DNA of 64,000 nucleotides, taken from NCBI GenBank assembly GCA_013361685.1, contig JABFXP010000051.1:78013-142012 (forward strand), given 5' to 3'. The stretch is from Catenulispora sp. Lineage in GTDB: Bacteria > Actinomycetota > Actinomycetes > Streptomycetales > Catenulisporaceae. Below the pieces are notes generated by a model. That model did not search any database, was not told the origin of the DNA, and saw nothing but the letters and a program-made list of their open reading frames with translations. Shown here in pieces: positions 27,306-35,740 of the stretch (the stretch's first letter is position 1; each line of letters opens with the position of its first letter). The position numbers and the translations under genes are program-made.

Positions 27306-28705
27306 CGCAACACGCTTCCTTTCGCACGGGAGGAACGGGCGGAGGACAGATTGCGCAGGGACGGGGGTCCCGCGGTGTAGCTGCGGCGCAGTGTTTCCGG
27401 TGAGGCACCGAGCAGGTAGCGGATCTTGATGATCTGCATGAAGGCGATCATGCGCCAGGTGCCGTGGGCTTGGAACCGGCGCGCCGAGGCGGTCGAGGTG
27501 GCGGTCAGGACGGCGAGCCGGCCGGTCTTGTGCAGGCGGCGGGAGAACTCGAAGTCCTCCATCAGCGGGTAGTCGGGGAAGCCGCCGAGCACGTCGAACA
27601 CGGTCCGGCGGACGAACATCGCCTGGTCGCCGAAGATCTGTCCGAGCCGTCGGGCGCGCTGGTTGGACGACCAGGCCAGGAATCGCAGGCCGATCGTGTC
27701 GTGGTCGAAGCGCAGGGTCAGGCCGCCGCCGACGACGTCCGCATCATCCAGCGCACGCCGAATGCCGTCCAGGGCGGCCGGGTCGATGACGGTGTCGGCG
27801 TGGACGAACCACAGAACCTCGCCGCCGGCCGCTTGAGCGCCGGTGTTGAGCTGGCGCCCCCGTCCAGGCTCGCAGCCGACCACCTTCGCGAAGCCGGCGG
27901 CGAGGTCCGCGGTGCCGTCTGTGCTGCCGCCGTCGACGACGACGATCTCGATGTCGGGGAAGTCGCGGCCGAGGCGGGTCAGGGCCGGCACGATCCCGGC
28001 GGCTTCGTTCAGTGTCGGCATGACGATCGAGACGGTGGCGTTGGTCATACCGACACCTGTCGTTGGCAGGAGAGCTTTGGCGACAGCGTCCGGCAACTCT
28101 GGATCCGCCAGCAGAGCTGCCGCATCCTCGGGGGTGTCGAGGTCACGAAGCGCCGGCAGCAGCTCGACACGCCCGGCTCGGCGCAGCCGGCTCACGGTCG
28201 CGGCCATGACGTGCGGGCCGCTCCACAGCGCCGGGTCGATGGCGAAGGCGGCCGGGTGCGGCCAGTGCACGGCCAGCAGGTAGTAGCCGCCGTCCAGGGC
28301 CGGGCCGATCGCGGCGGCCGAGCCGGAATCCAAGACGGTGAACGCCTGAACGATCATGTCGGCGGTCAGGGTCGGAGCGTCGGTGCCGATGACGACCAGC
28401 GGCCCGCCGCCGGGTAGAGCGTCATCGGCGGCGGCGGTCATTCGTTCGCCTAGGTTCCCGCCGCGTTGCGGCAGCAGCTCTACCTGCCCGCCGGTCAGGG
28501 CCCTGACCTCGGCCTGGGCGCTGGGCGGGTCGAAGGCCACCACGACGCGCCGCTGTGATCCCAGCGCGGTCGTCACGGTGTTCGCCAGCAGCTGCGCCTG
28601 CAGCCGTGCGCAGCCGTCCGGGCCGAGCAGCGGATGAAGGCGGGTCTTGACGCGGCCTGGACGCGGTGTCTTGGCCATCACCAGGACCGTCGGCGCGCCG
28701 GTCAT
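27302..28705 (-). CDS. fusion protein: DUF2064/CofC-like nucleotidyltransferase ('transferase 1') + family-2 glycosyltransferase ('transferase 2')
   Basis: N-terminal half: VLVMAKTPRPGRVKTRL, GGNLGERM, VVIGTDAP, PALDGGYYLL, LRDLDTPEDA. C-terminal half: VSIVMPTLNEA, EIVVVDGGSTDGT, GRGRQLNTGA, FVHADT, FGDQAMFVRR, PLMEDFEFSRRL. Confidence 0.8.
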   Translation of the reverse strand: MTGAPTVLVMAKTPRPGRVKTRLHPLLGPDGCARLQAQLLANTVTTALGSQRRVVVAFDPPSAQAEVRALTGGQVELLPQRGGNLGERMTAAADDALPGGGPLVVIGTDAPTLTADMIVQAFTVLDSGSAAAIGPALDGGYYLLAVHWPHPAAFAIDPALWSGPHVMAATVSRLRRAGRVELLPALRDLDTPEDAAALLADPELPDAVAKALLPTTGVGMTNATVSIVMPTLNEAAGIVPALTRLGRDFPDIEIVVVDGGSTDGTADLAAGFAKVVGCEPGRGRQLNTGAQAAGGEVLWFVHADTVIDPAALDGIRRALDDADVVGGGLTLRFDHDTIGLRFLAWSSNQRARRLGQIFGDQAMFVRRTVFDVLGGFPDYPLMEDFEFSRRLHKTGRLAVLTATSTASARRFQAHGTWRMIAFMQIIKIRYLLGASPETLRRSYTAGPPSLRNLSSARSSRAKGSVLR

Positions 28706-29490
28706 GATGTGAACCGGTAGATCAGGCCCGCCGGCGTCAGGTCGGCCAGCTTTGGCAGCGCCGCCTCCAGCAGATCGGCGAAGATCCCGGCGCTGGCCGC
28801 CATGCGGGCCACCAAGGCGTCGATCGGCTCCGGATGCTCGACCACACCGTTGGCGTAGTCGGTGACGAATCCGACCAGCGCAAGCGGTAGCTCCGCCTCA
28901 CCGGCGAGCACCACCTCCGGGCCGGCGGTCTGGCTGACCGCGCTGACGCCGACGCCGGCCAGCGCGGCGATCTCCGTGCGGGTGTTGAAGCGCGGGCCGT
29001 CGACGTGCCCGTAGCAGCCGCGGTCCCGCAGCGGGGTGCCAGCCGCGCCGGCGGCGCTGATCAGAGCTTCGCCCACGGGTGCGCTGAACGGCCGATCGAA
29101 GATCCAGTGTCCGCGGTCCTTCGCGGCCGGCTCGTCGAACCAGGTGCACGTGCTCCCGTCCGGCAGCCGGTTGCCCGGGAAGTACAGGTCGTCGAACACG
29201 ATCAGCGACCCGGGTTCGACCGCCGGGTCCACCGCGCCGCACACGGTCAGCGAGATCACGCAGTCGACGCCTGTCTCCCGCAACGCGGCGATGTTCGCCT
29301 TGTGGTCGACGTGGTTGGACAGTCGGGCGTGCCCGGTGCCGTGCCGGGCCAGATGCACCACCTCGACGCCGGCCACCGTGCCGACGGTGACGTCGGCCTC
29401 GCCGTGGCGGGTCTGCATCGTCCGTGAGACCGCGTCCTGAAGACCGGGCCAGGTGTAGCCGCCCGATCCGCTGATCACCCCTACTCGCAT
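28702..29490 (-). CDS. MTAP-family purine nucleoside phosphorylase (S-methyl-5'-thioadenosine phosphorylase-like)
   Basis: VGVISGSG, LARHGTGH, HKANIAALRETGVDCVISLTVCGAV, GPRFNTRTE and VTDYA blocks of the PNP_UDP_1/MTAP family. Confidence 0.85.
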   Translation of the reverse strand: MRVGVISGSGGYTWPGLQDAVSRTMQTRHGEADVTVGTVAGVEVVHLARHGTGHARLSNHVDHKANIAALRETGVDCVISLTVCGAVDPAVEPGSLIVFDDLYFPGNRLPDGSTCTWFDEPAAKDRGHWIFDRPFSAPVGEALISAAGAAGTPLRDRGCYGHVDGPRFNTRTEIAALAGVGVSAVSQTAGPEVVLAGEAELPLALVGFVTDYANGVVEHPEPIDALVARMAASAGIFADLLEAALPKLADLTPAGLIYRFTS

Positions 29491-30923
29491 GTGGGCCTCT
29501 CCATCGTCGTCGCATCCTCACGTCCGCCGGTGCGGACCTGCACGATCGGTAGCAGTCGCCGCAGTTGCGCGTTCTCGCCCGGGTCCAGCACGCTGTGCTG
29601 CACGCACGCCGGAACCACCGTCCCGTCCTCCGGGTGGGCCATCGCGTAATGGCACGCCGACAGCCGCTCGACGGTTTCCCGGATCCGCGGATCATCGCTG
29701 CTCTGGCCGCGCTGCATGAGATCCCAGGCCGTAGTGACGTCGGCGGCGTCCATGAACCGGTGCATCACGTAGGACGTGATACGCACCCGGCGGCACCGCG
29801 CCAGGCGCCTGATACCCACGCGGCGCACGGCACGGACCAGCCAGCCCACCGCGAGGACGACGGTCTGCGGGCGGCGCACCGCGACCCTGGTCAGCTGGGC
29901 TGCGAGCTGTGGGACGGGGGTTCCTGCGAAATCAAAGGCTCCCAGGTGCCGGAAGAACCCGTCGCGGACCGCCAGGTCCCGTCGATCCGCACCGTCGAGG
30001 ACCGGGAACCAGCGATCACCGACCCAGAAGCCGTAGGCGACCCGATTGCAGCGCACATCGCCGTGCTCGAAGATCCGATAATCCAGCTTGGTTCCGACCC
30101 CGCGCTCGATCTGCTCCCACACAGCGTCGCTGTCCACATCTCGGTAGTCCTCGTGCCAGCGGCGGGAGTCCCCGACGAAAGCCGCCGGCTGGAAGGAGAA
30201 CATCCCGAACCCCATGCCGCTGCTGTCGCGGACCACGTCGGCGACCTGGTCCAGGTTGGCCGGCGTGACGGTCATGTTGTGCGCGGCGAAGGTGCGCACC
30301 CCGGTCTCGGCGCGCAGCCGGCGCAGCTTGGCGGTGAACTCGGCCCGATACCGGTTCAGAGAGCGCTCGTCACCCGGGCGCGCGATGCCGCGGCGGCCGA
30401 ACATGAACATATCGAAGTGCGCGGCGAACGACAGCCGGTCGAACCGGCGCTTCCCGTCCGGGCCGAGCGCGAGCCGGCGAAGGTAGGCGTAGTCGACGTC
30501 GCCGTGGGTGAAGCTCATCGGCTCCCGGCCGTGCTGGCGCATCGCGGCCAGTGCCGCCGCATGGTCGTCGGGGTCCAGCAGGCTCACCTCGCCGCCGATC
30601 AGCTGCGCGTGCGCCCGCGGGCCGCGGACCCGGCGCAGCAGCGCCATCTGCGCCTCCACGTTCGCCACCGTGTGGCCGCCGTCAACGCGGACCTGGTTGG
30701 CGTCGCGAGAGTGGTAGCAGGGCGTGCAGGCCAGATTGCACTTGGGGAACACCCCGTGAGTGCCCTCACACCCCACGCCATGCCGCCCCAGCACCTGCCC
30801 TGGCGTTTTGACGTGAGGCGGGAGATCGTCCCAGCGCCGCCGCATCGCCGCCGCGAAGTCGCCGTCCACCGGGCGTGTGACACACTCCAGCCGCCGCAGC
30901 ATCGACACCACGCGCCACGTCAT
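29481..30923 (-). CDS. radical SAM protein, unclassified 480-aa family
   Basis: CNLACTPC (CX3CX2C) at residues 62-69, then LIGGEVSLL. Large C-terminal extension with conserved-looking Cys/His. First gene of the operon. Confidence 0.8.
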   Translation of the reverse strand: MTWRVVSMLRRLECVTRPVDGDFAAAMRRRWDDLPPHVKTPGQVLGRHGVGCEGTHGVFPKCNLACTPCYHSRDANQVRVDGGHTVANVEAQMALLRRVRGPRAHAQLIGGEVSLLDPDDHAAALAAMRQHGREPMSFTHGDVDYAYLRRLALGPDGKRRFDRLSFAAHFDMFMFGRRGIARPGDERSLNRYRAEFTAKLRRLRAETGVRTFAAHNMTVTPANLDQVADVVRDSSGMGFGMFSFQPAAFVGDSRRWHEDYRDVDSDAVWEQIERGVGTKLDYRIFEHGDVRCNRVAYGFWVGDRWFPVLDGADRRDLAVRDGFFRHLGAFDFAGTPVPQLAAQLTRVAVRRPQTVVLAVGWLVRAVRRVGIRRLARCRRVRITSYVMHRFMDAADVTTAWDLMQRGQSSDDPRIRETVERLSACHYAMAHPEDGTVVPACVQHSVLDPGENAQLRRLLPIVQVRTGGREDATTMERPTCE

Positions 30924-31121
30924 TCATCACTCCGCTCACGAGCCAGCACCGACCAGATCCAGGAAGGGAACCCGCTGCCCGGCGGGAACCTTCCATCCAG
31001 TCCGGGATGAACCCGACTCCAGCCCCAACCGTTTTGATCTTGGGGGCGGTCTGCCGCTGGTCTTGTCGAGCGCTGAAGCCGGTGCCGGGGTGTCGGGCAT
31101 GCCGCCCAAGGAGGTCTCGCC

Positions 31122-31628
31122 ATGCCACGCATCGTCCACCAGGTCGCAGCGTGCGCCGCCGTCGGATTCGCGGCAGCAGCACTGGCCGCCGGCTGCTCAA
31201 GCAGCGCCACCACCGCACCCGCACCGGGCGCCACCCCGAACCCCCAGGCGCCGACCAGCGCCGCCGGTGCCGTCGTGGCAGTGCACGATTCCCAACTCGG
31301 CAAGATCCTTGTGGACGGGCAGGGACGAACCCTCTACCTGTTCGAGAGCGACACCCCAACCACGTCAACGTGCTACGGCAACTGCACCACTGCCTGGCCG
31401 CCCTACACCACGGCCGGCGCGCCGCAGGCAGGCGCGGGCGTGATCGCGAGCAAGCTCGGCACCTTGGCCCGCACCGACGGCGGCACCGAGATCACCTATA
31501 ACGGCCATCCGCTGTACTACTACCGCGGCGACCAGAACCCTGGAGACACCACCGGGCAGGGAAACACCTCCTACGGCGCCCCCTGGTACGTGCTTGACGC
31601 CGGCGGCAACGCGATCACCGGCGGCTGA
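31122..31628 (+). CDS. secreted lipoprotein with duplicated YxxD repeat (COG4315/Lipoprotein_15-like)
   Basis: Lipobox LAAGC. Repeats GRTLYLFESD...C...CTTAWPP and GHPLYYYRGD...G...WYVL. Confidence 0.75.
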   Translation: MPRIVHQVAACAAVGFAAAALAAGCSSSATTAPAPGATPNPQAPTSAAGAVVAVHDSQLGKILVDGQGRTLYLFESDTPTTSTCYGNCTTAWPPYTTAGAPQAGAGVIASKLGTLARTDGGTEITYNGHPLYYYRGDQNPGDTTGQGNTSYGAPWYVLDAGGNAITGG

Positions 31629-31863
31629 CGTCCGGTAGCCGATCGGCCTGGCGAATCCGGGTCCGCCCTGCGCGGAGTGGAAGGCACCCGAGCGCCGCCG
31701 GGTTCCCCAGGGTGGGCGCCGCGAACGTCCGGCGATCGATCATGACGGGATGTGCGATGAACGGCAGTCGAATGCCGCTGACCGGGGCGACGCGCAGAAT
31801 GCGTGCTGTCCGTCGCAGACCCTGGCACCGAGCGCGTCGGCTGCGTCGTGGCGGTCTTCGGCC

Positions 31864-32799
31864 ATGACGCCGGCATATCTGCCGAGCCCGCCGCACGGCG
31901 TGTGGCATCTGGGCCCGATTCCGCTGCGGGCCTACGCCCTCTTCATCCTGGCCGGGATCGTCGTCGCGATCTGGGTGACCCGGCGGCGCTGGAGCGCCCG
32001 CGGCGGCAGCGCCGACGACATCGTGGACATCGCGCTCTGGGCCGTGCCGTTCGGGCTGGTCGGCGGTCGGCTCTACCACGTGACCACCGACCCCGAGCTG
32101 TACTTCAAGTACGGCGAACAGCCGATCCGCGCCCTGTACATTTGGGACGGCGGCCTGGGTATCTGGGGTGCGGTGGCGCTCGGGGCGGTCGGAGCGTGGA
32201 TCGGCTGCCGACGCAAGGGCATCGTCCCGGCCGACTTCGCCGACGCCGTGGCCCCGGGCCTGGTGCTGGCGCAGGCGATCGGCCGCTGGGGCAACTACTT
32301 CAACCAGGAGCTGTACGGCAGGCCGTCCGGTCTGCCATGGGCGATCCGCATCGACCCGGCGCACCGGCCGCCATCCACCCCGGACGCCGTGTTCCACCAG
32401 CCGACGTTCCTGTACGAATCGGTCTGGGACGTTGGGGTCGCGGTGTTGCTGCTGTGGGTCGACCGTCGCTGGCAACCGCGCCGCGGACGCCTGTTCGCGA
32501 TCTATGTCGTGGCCTACACCCTGGGCCGGGCCTGGGTGGAGGCGCTGCGCGAGGACCACGCCAACCGCATCGCCGGGGTGCGCCTGAACGACTGGACCTC
32601 GCTGCTGGTGTTCACCGCCGCGATCGTCTACCTGACCCTGCGCCGCGATCGCACCGTCACCCCCGCCACCGCGGCCGAACCGGAGCACCGCAGGCCCGAA
32701 TCCCGCGAGAGCGGGCAGGGCGACAAGCCTCCTGAGCCCGACCCGACACAGAACAGAAAATCAGCCCGAGCTCCCACCGACAGCGAAGGTCCACCGTGA
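31864..32799 (+). CDS. lgt: prolipoprotein diacylglyceryl transferase
   Basis: Blocks LRAYALFILAGI, GGRLYHV, IWDGGLGIWG, GRWGNYFNQELYG and PTFLYES. ATG at 31864, internal to the track ORF. Confidence 0.9.
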   Translation: MTPAYLPSPPHGVWHLGPIPLRAYALFILAGIVVAIWVTRRRWSARGGSADDIVDIALWAVPFGLVGGRLYHVTTDPELYFKYGEQPIRALYIWDGGLGIWGAVALGAVGAWIGCRRKGIVPADFADAVAPGLVLAQAIGRWGNYFNQELYGRPSGLPWAIRIDPAHRPPSTPDAVFHQPTFLYESVWDVGVAVLLLWVDRRWQPRRGRLFAIYVVAYTLGRAWVEALREDHANRIAGVRLNDWTSLLVFTAAIVYLTLRRDRTVTPATAAEPEHRRPESRESGQGDKPPEPDPTQNRKSARAPTDSEGPP

Positions 32800-32857
32800 G
32801 CCGCTGAACGCACCGTGCCCGGTCAGGGGGCCGCCCACATCGGCTGACCCGAAAGAG

Positions 32858-33391
32858 TGGATTCTCCATCGAGGTGTGTCATCTCGCTGACAACCCTCAA
32901 CGGCTGCTTCGCAGCGTTCGTCTACAGAGGCGCCGGGATGATGCCCGAGCCCGCGATGAGCGGCCAGCCGGCCATGCCCGGCGGCCGATGACGGGCGGAC
33001 ACTCGGACATGATGATGAACACCCCGATCGTCACCAGCCACCTGCTGGTCGGCGGCAGCCTGCACCTGCTGATGTCGGCAGCCGCCGGATCGCGTTCGCC
33101 CTCTTGCTCGCCCTGCTCATCCGGACCCGCACCCTGATCTCCGGATTGCTGGCCGGCCCGCTGGGCTACCCGGTCGCCGCTACGCTCGGAGGGGCACTGC
33201 TCTATGTGGTCATGATGTACGCGGTCGCCCCGGCGCTGAACACCGAGATCTCCGACAACACCGCACGCGCCCCGTTCTTCCTCGCGCACCTGCTGTTCGG
33301 CGCGGTAACCGGGGCCTTCGTCTACTGGCGCGCCGTGCGCCCGCGCGGCGCGGCCTGGGCGGGCGCGCCGACCGGCTCGATGGCCGGCTGA
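32858..33391 (+). pseudogene. small polytopic membrane protein, apparently disrupted by two frameshifts
   Basis: Three consecutive frame segments read plausibly as one protein: LNGCFAAFVYRGAG..., then TPIVTSHLLVGGSLHLLMSAAAG, then IAFALLLALLIRT...APFFLAHLLFGAVTGAFVYW. Confidence 0.35.
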
Positions 33392-33422
33392 CAACGCTTC
33401 CCCCGTTGCCGCGCCTGGTATC

Positions 33423-33713
33423 TCAGGTCTCTGTCGGCGGCTTGATCCGGCAGGCGCGGCGGCGGGAGCGGCGGCGCACGGTCGTCACGACGGCGGTGCC
33501 CACCACCACCGCTGCCGCAACGATAACCCACGGATTGGCCAGGAACGCCCCCACCGCGCCCAGCACTCCGGCGGCCAGCAGTGCGGGCCCGGCACAACAC
33601 ACGATCACCGCTACGGCGGCGCCGATCCCCGCCAGGAGGCCACCAGGACCGGGCCCGACCGGCTTGGACCCCGGAGCCGGATCGCGCGAGGGTGTGGTGC
33701 TGTCTGACGGCAT
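33423..33713 (-). CDS. mercury transport membrane protein (MerT/MerF-like)
   Basis: ATG at 33713, 4 nt after the ArsR-type gene stop. TM helix with a vicinal Cys pair (VIVCCAGPALL), then a second TM and a basic tail with Cys. Confidence 0.6.
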   Translation of the reverse strand: MPSDSTTPSRDPAPGSKPVGPGPGGLLAGIGAAVAVIVCCAGPALLAAGVLGAVGAFLANPWVIVAAAVVVGTAVVTTVRRRSRRRACRIKPPTET

Positions 33714-33717
33714 TGGT

Positions 33718-34116
33718 TCAGTCCTGTCGGCTGGTCGGGATGCGGGTGCAGCAATCCAAGGCGGCGGAATTGTCCGCAGCAAGGGCACGGGCCAGCACTA
33801 ACAGGTCCGCCACCCGCGGATCGCCGGCCGAGTAGCGGAACTTCTTGCCGTCCCGGCGGGCGACCACATAGCCGCAATCGACCAGGCACGACAGGTGCAC
33901 CGAGGCCCGCGGCTGGGAGATGCCGGCGTGCTCGATGCACTCGGCCACGGTGCGCTCGCCGGCCAGGATGAACTCCAGCAGCCCCAGCCGGGTCGGATCA
34001 CCCAGCGCCCGGAAGAACCGGGCCACCGTGTCGGTGTGCGAACAGCCCTCCTCGAGCGCGGCCGGCGCGAGGCTCACGGCACTGGTGCTGACGTTCACGG
34101 CGGTCCTCCCGGGCAA
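33718..34116 (-). CDS. ArsR/SmtB family metalloregulator (actinomycete-type mer repressor)
   Basis: FRALGDPTRLGLLEFIL...VAECIEHAGISQPRASVHLSCLVDCGYV. Divergent to merA. Confidence 0.85.
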   Translation of the reverse strand: MPGRTAVNVSTSAVSLAPAALEEGCSHTDTVARFFRALGDPTRLGLLEFILAGERTVAECIEHAGISQPRASVHLSCLVDCGYVVARRDGKKFRYSAGDPRVADLLVLARALAADNSAALDCCTRIPTSRQD

Positions 34117-34219
34117 CTGCTATTCGCTTACACGCATAATATGCTAGCCTCATGCTATTCGGCAAGGCACATAGCAAGACTCCGGCGCAGGACGCCGGAA
34201 TGGGGCACAGGAGGCGGCA
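34117..34219. promoter_or_regulatory. divergent mer promoter/operator region
   Basis: The most AT-rich stretch in the area (cacgcataatatgctagcc). TGCTAT-N12-ATAGCA inverted repeat at 34153-34176, plus a third TGCTAT at 34118-34123. Confidence 0.4.
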
Positions 34220-35647
34220 ATGGCCAGCACGGGCAGCGGATACGACCTGGCGATCATCGGCTCCGGCTCGGCGGCGTTCGCCGCGGCCATCGCCGCCCGC
34301 GGCAAGGGCGCGTCGGTCGTCATGATCGAGCGCGGCACGATCGGCGGTACCTGCGTGAACGTGGGCTGCGTGCCGTCCAAGGCGCTGCTGGCCGCCGCCG
34401 AGGCCCGCCACGCGTCCCTGACCGCGCACCGTTTCCCCGGCATCATCGCCGACGCGGGCACCGTGGACATGCCCGCGCTGATCGGCGGCAAGGACACGCT
34501 GGTCACGCAAATGCGTGCGGAGAAGTATGTGGACCTGGCCGCCGACTACGACTGGGAAATCGTGGCCGGGACCGCGTCGTTCGTCGACGGCTCGGCGCTG
34601 ACCGTGGCGTTGAACGACGGCGGCCTGCGAACGATCGAGGCCGCGCACTACCTGGTCGCCACCGGTTCCGCACCCTGGATCCCGCCGGTGCCGAGACTGG
34701 CCGAGGCCGGGTATCTGACCTCGACGACCGCGATGGAACTCGAGCACCTGCCGGAATCGATGGTGGTGGTCGGCGGCAACGCCGTCGGCCTGGAGCAGGC
34801 CCAGCTGTTCGCCCGACTCGGCGTCGCGGTGACCGTGGTCGAAGCCCTGGACCGGCTGGCCCCGTTCGAAGAACCCGAGATCTCCGCGGTCATCGAGCAG
34901 GTCTTCACCGGCGAGGGCATCACCGTCCGCACCGCCACCACGCTGACCGGCGTCGACCGCGACGAACGCGGCTATACGCTGACCGCAGCTCGCGCCGGCG
35001 AGCTGGTCGAGCTGCGGGCCGAGCAGCTGCTGATCGCCACCGGCCGCCGCCCGGTCACGACCGGGCTCTGCCTGGACAAGGCCGGGGTGAAGACCGGCCG
35101 GCGAGGCGAGATCGTCGTGGACGAGCACCTGCGCACCACCAACCCACGGATCTGGGCCGCCGGCGACGTCACCGGTCACCCTCAGTTCGTTTACGTCGCC
35201 GCCGCCCACGGCACCCTGGTCGCCGACAACGCCCTGTCCGGCGCCGACCGGACCCTGGACTACACCGCGATGCCGCGCGTCACCTTCACCAGCCCGGCCA
35301 TAGCCTCGGTCGGGATGACCGACGAACAAGCCGTCCAGGCAGGCATCGGCTGCGACTGTCGCACCCTGCCGCTGGAGTACGTGCCCAGGGCGTTGGTGAA
35401 CCGCGACACGCGCGGCCTGGTCAAACTCGTCGCCGATGCCGAAACCGGCCGGCTGCTGGGCGCGCACGTGATCGCCGAGGGCGCCGGCGAACTCATCACC
35501 GCCGCAGGCTACGCGATCAGCGCCGGGATGACCGTCGACCAGATCGCCCACGCCTGGGCCCCATACCTGACCATGGCCGAGGCGCTCAAGCTCGCCGCCC
35601 AGACCTACACCGCCGACGTCAGGAAACTGTCCTGCTGCGCCGGCTGA
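34220..35647 (+). CDS. merA: mercuric reductase (no NmerA domain)
   Basis: YDLAIIGSGSAAF, redox pair GGTCVNVGCVPSK, and the C-terminal vicinal cysteines ...RKLSCCAG. Confidence 0.9.
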   Translation: MASTGSGYDLAIIGSGSAAFAAAIAARGKGASVVMIERGTIGGTCVNVGCVPSKALLAAAEARHASLTAHRFPGIIADAGTVDMPALIGGKDTLVTQMRAEKYVDLAADYDWEIVAGTASFVDGSALTVALNDGGLRTIEAAHYLVATGSAPWIPPVPRLAEAGYLTSTTAMELEHLPESMVVVGGNAVGLEQAQLFARLGVAVTVVEALDRLAPFEEPEISAVIEQVFTGEGITVRTATTLTGVDRDERGYTLTAARAGELVELRAEQLLIATGRRPVTTGLCLDKAGVKTGRRGEIVVDEHLRTTNPRIWAAGDVTGHPQFVYVAAAHGTLVADNALSGADRTLDYTAMPRVTFTSPAIASVGMTDEQAVQAGIGCDCRTLPLEYVPRALVNRDTRGLVKLVADAETGRLLGAHVIAEGAGELITAAGYAISAGMTVDQIAHAWAPYLTMAEALKLAAQTYTADVRKLSCCAG

Positions 35648-35740
35648 ATAGGGCCGGAGGTGATCGCTCCCGTGGACCGTGAACATGCCAACGTTCTGAT
35701 GATCGCCGGAAAGCTGTCGGCGCTGTCGGGGTCTGTGCTG

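Noticed and set aside
33895-35686. 595-aa (+) and 562-aa (-) ORFs covering the merA region.
   Set aside because: Both are Arg/Gly/Asp-rich nonsense. The 34220-35647 frame has every MerA signature.
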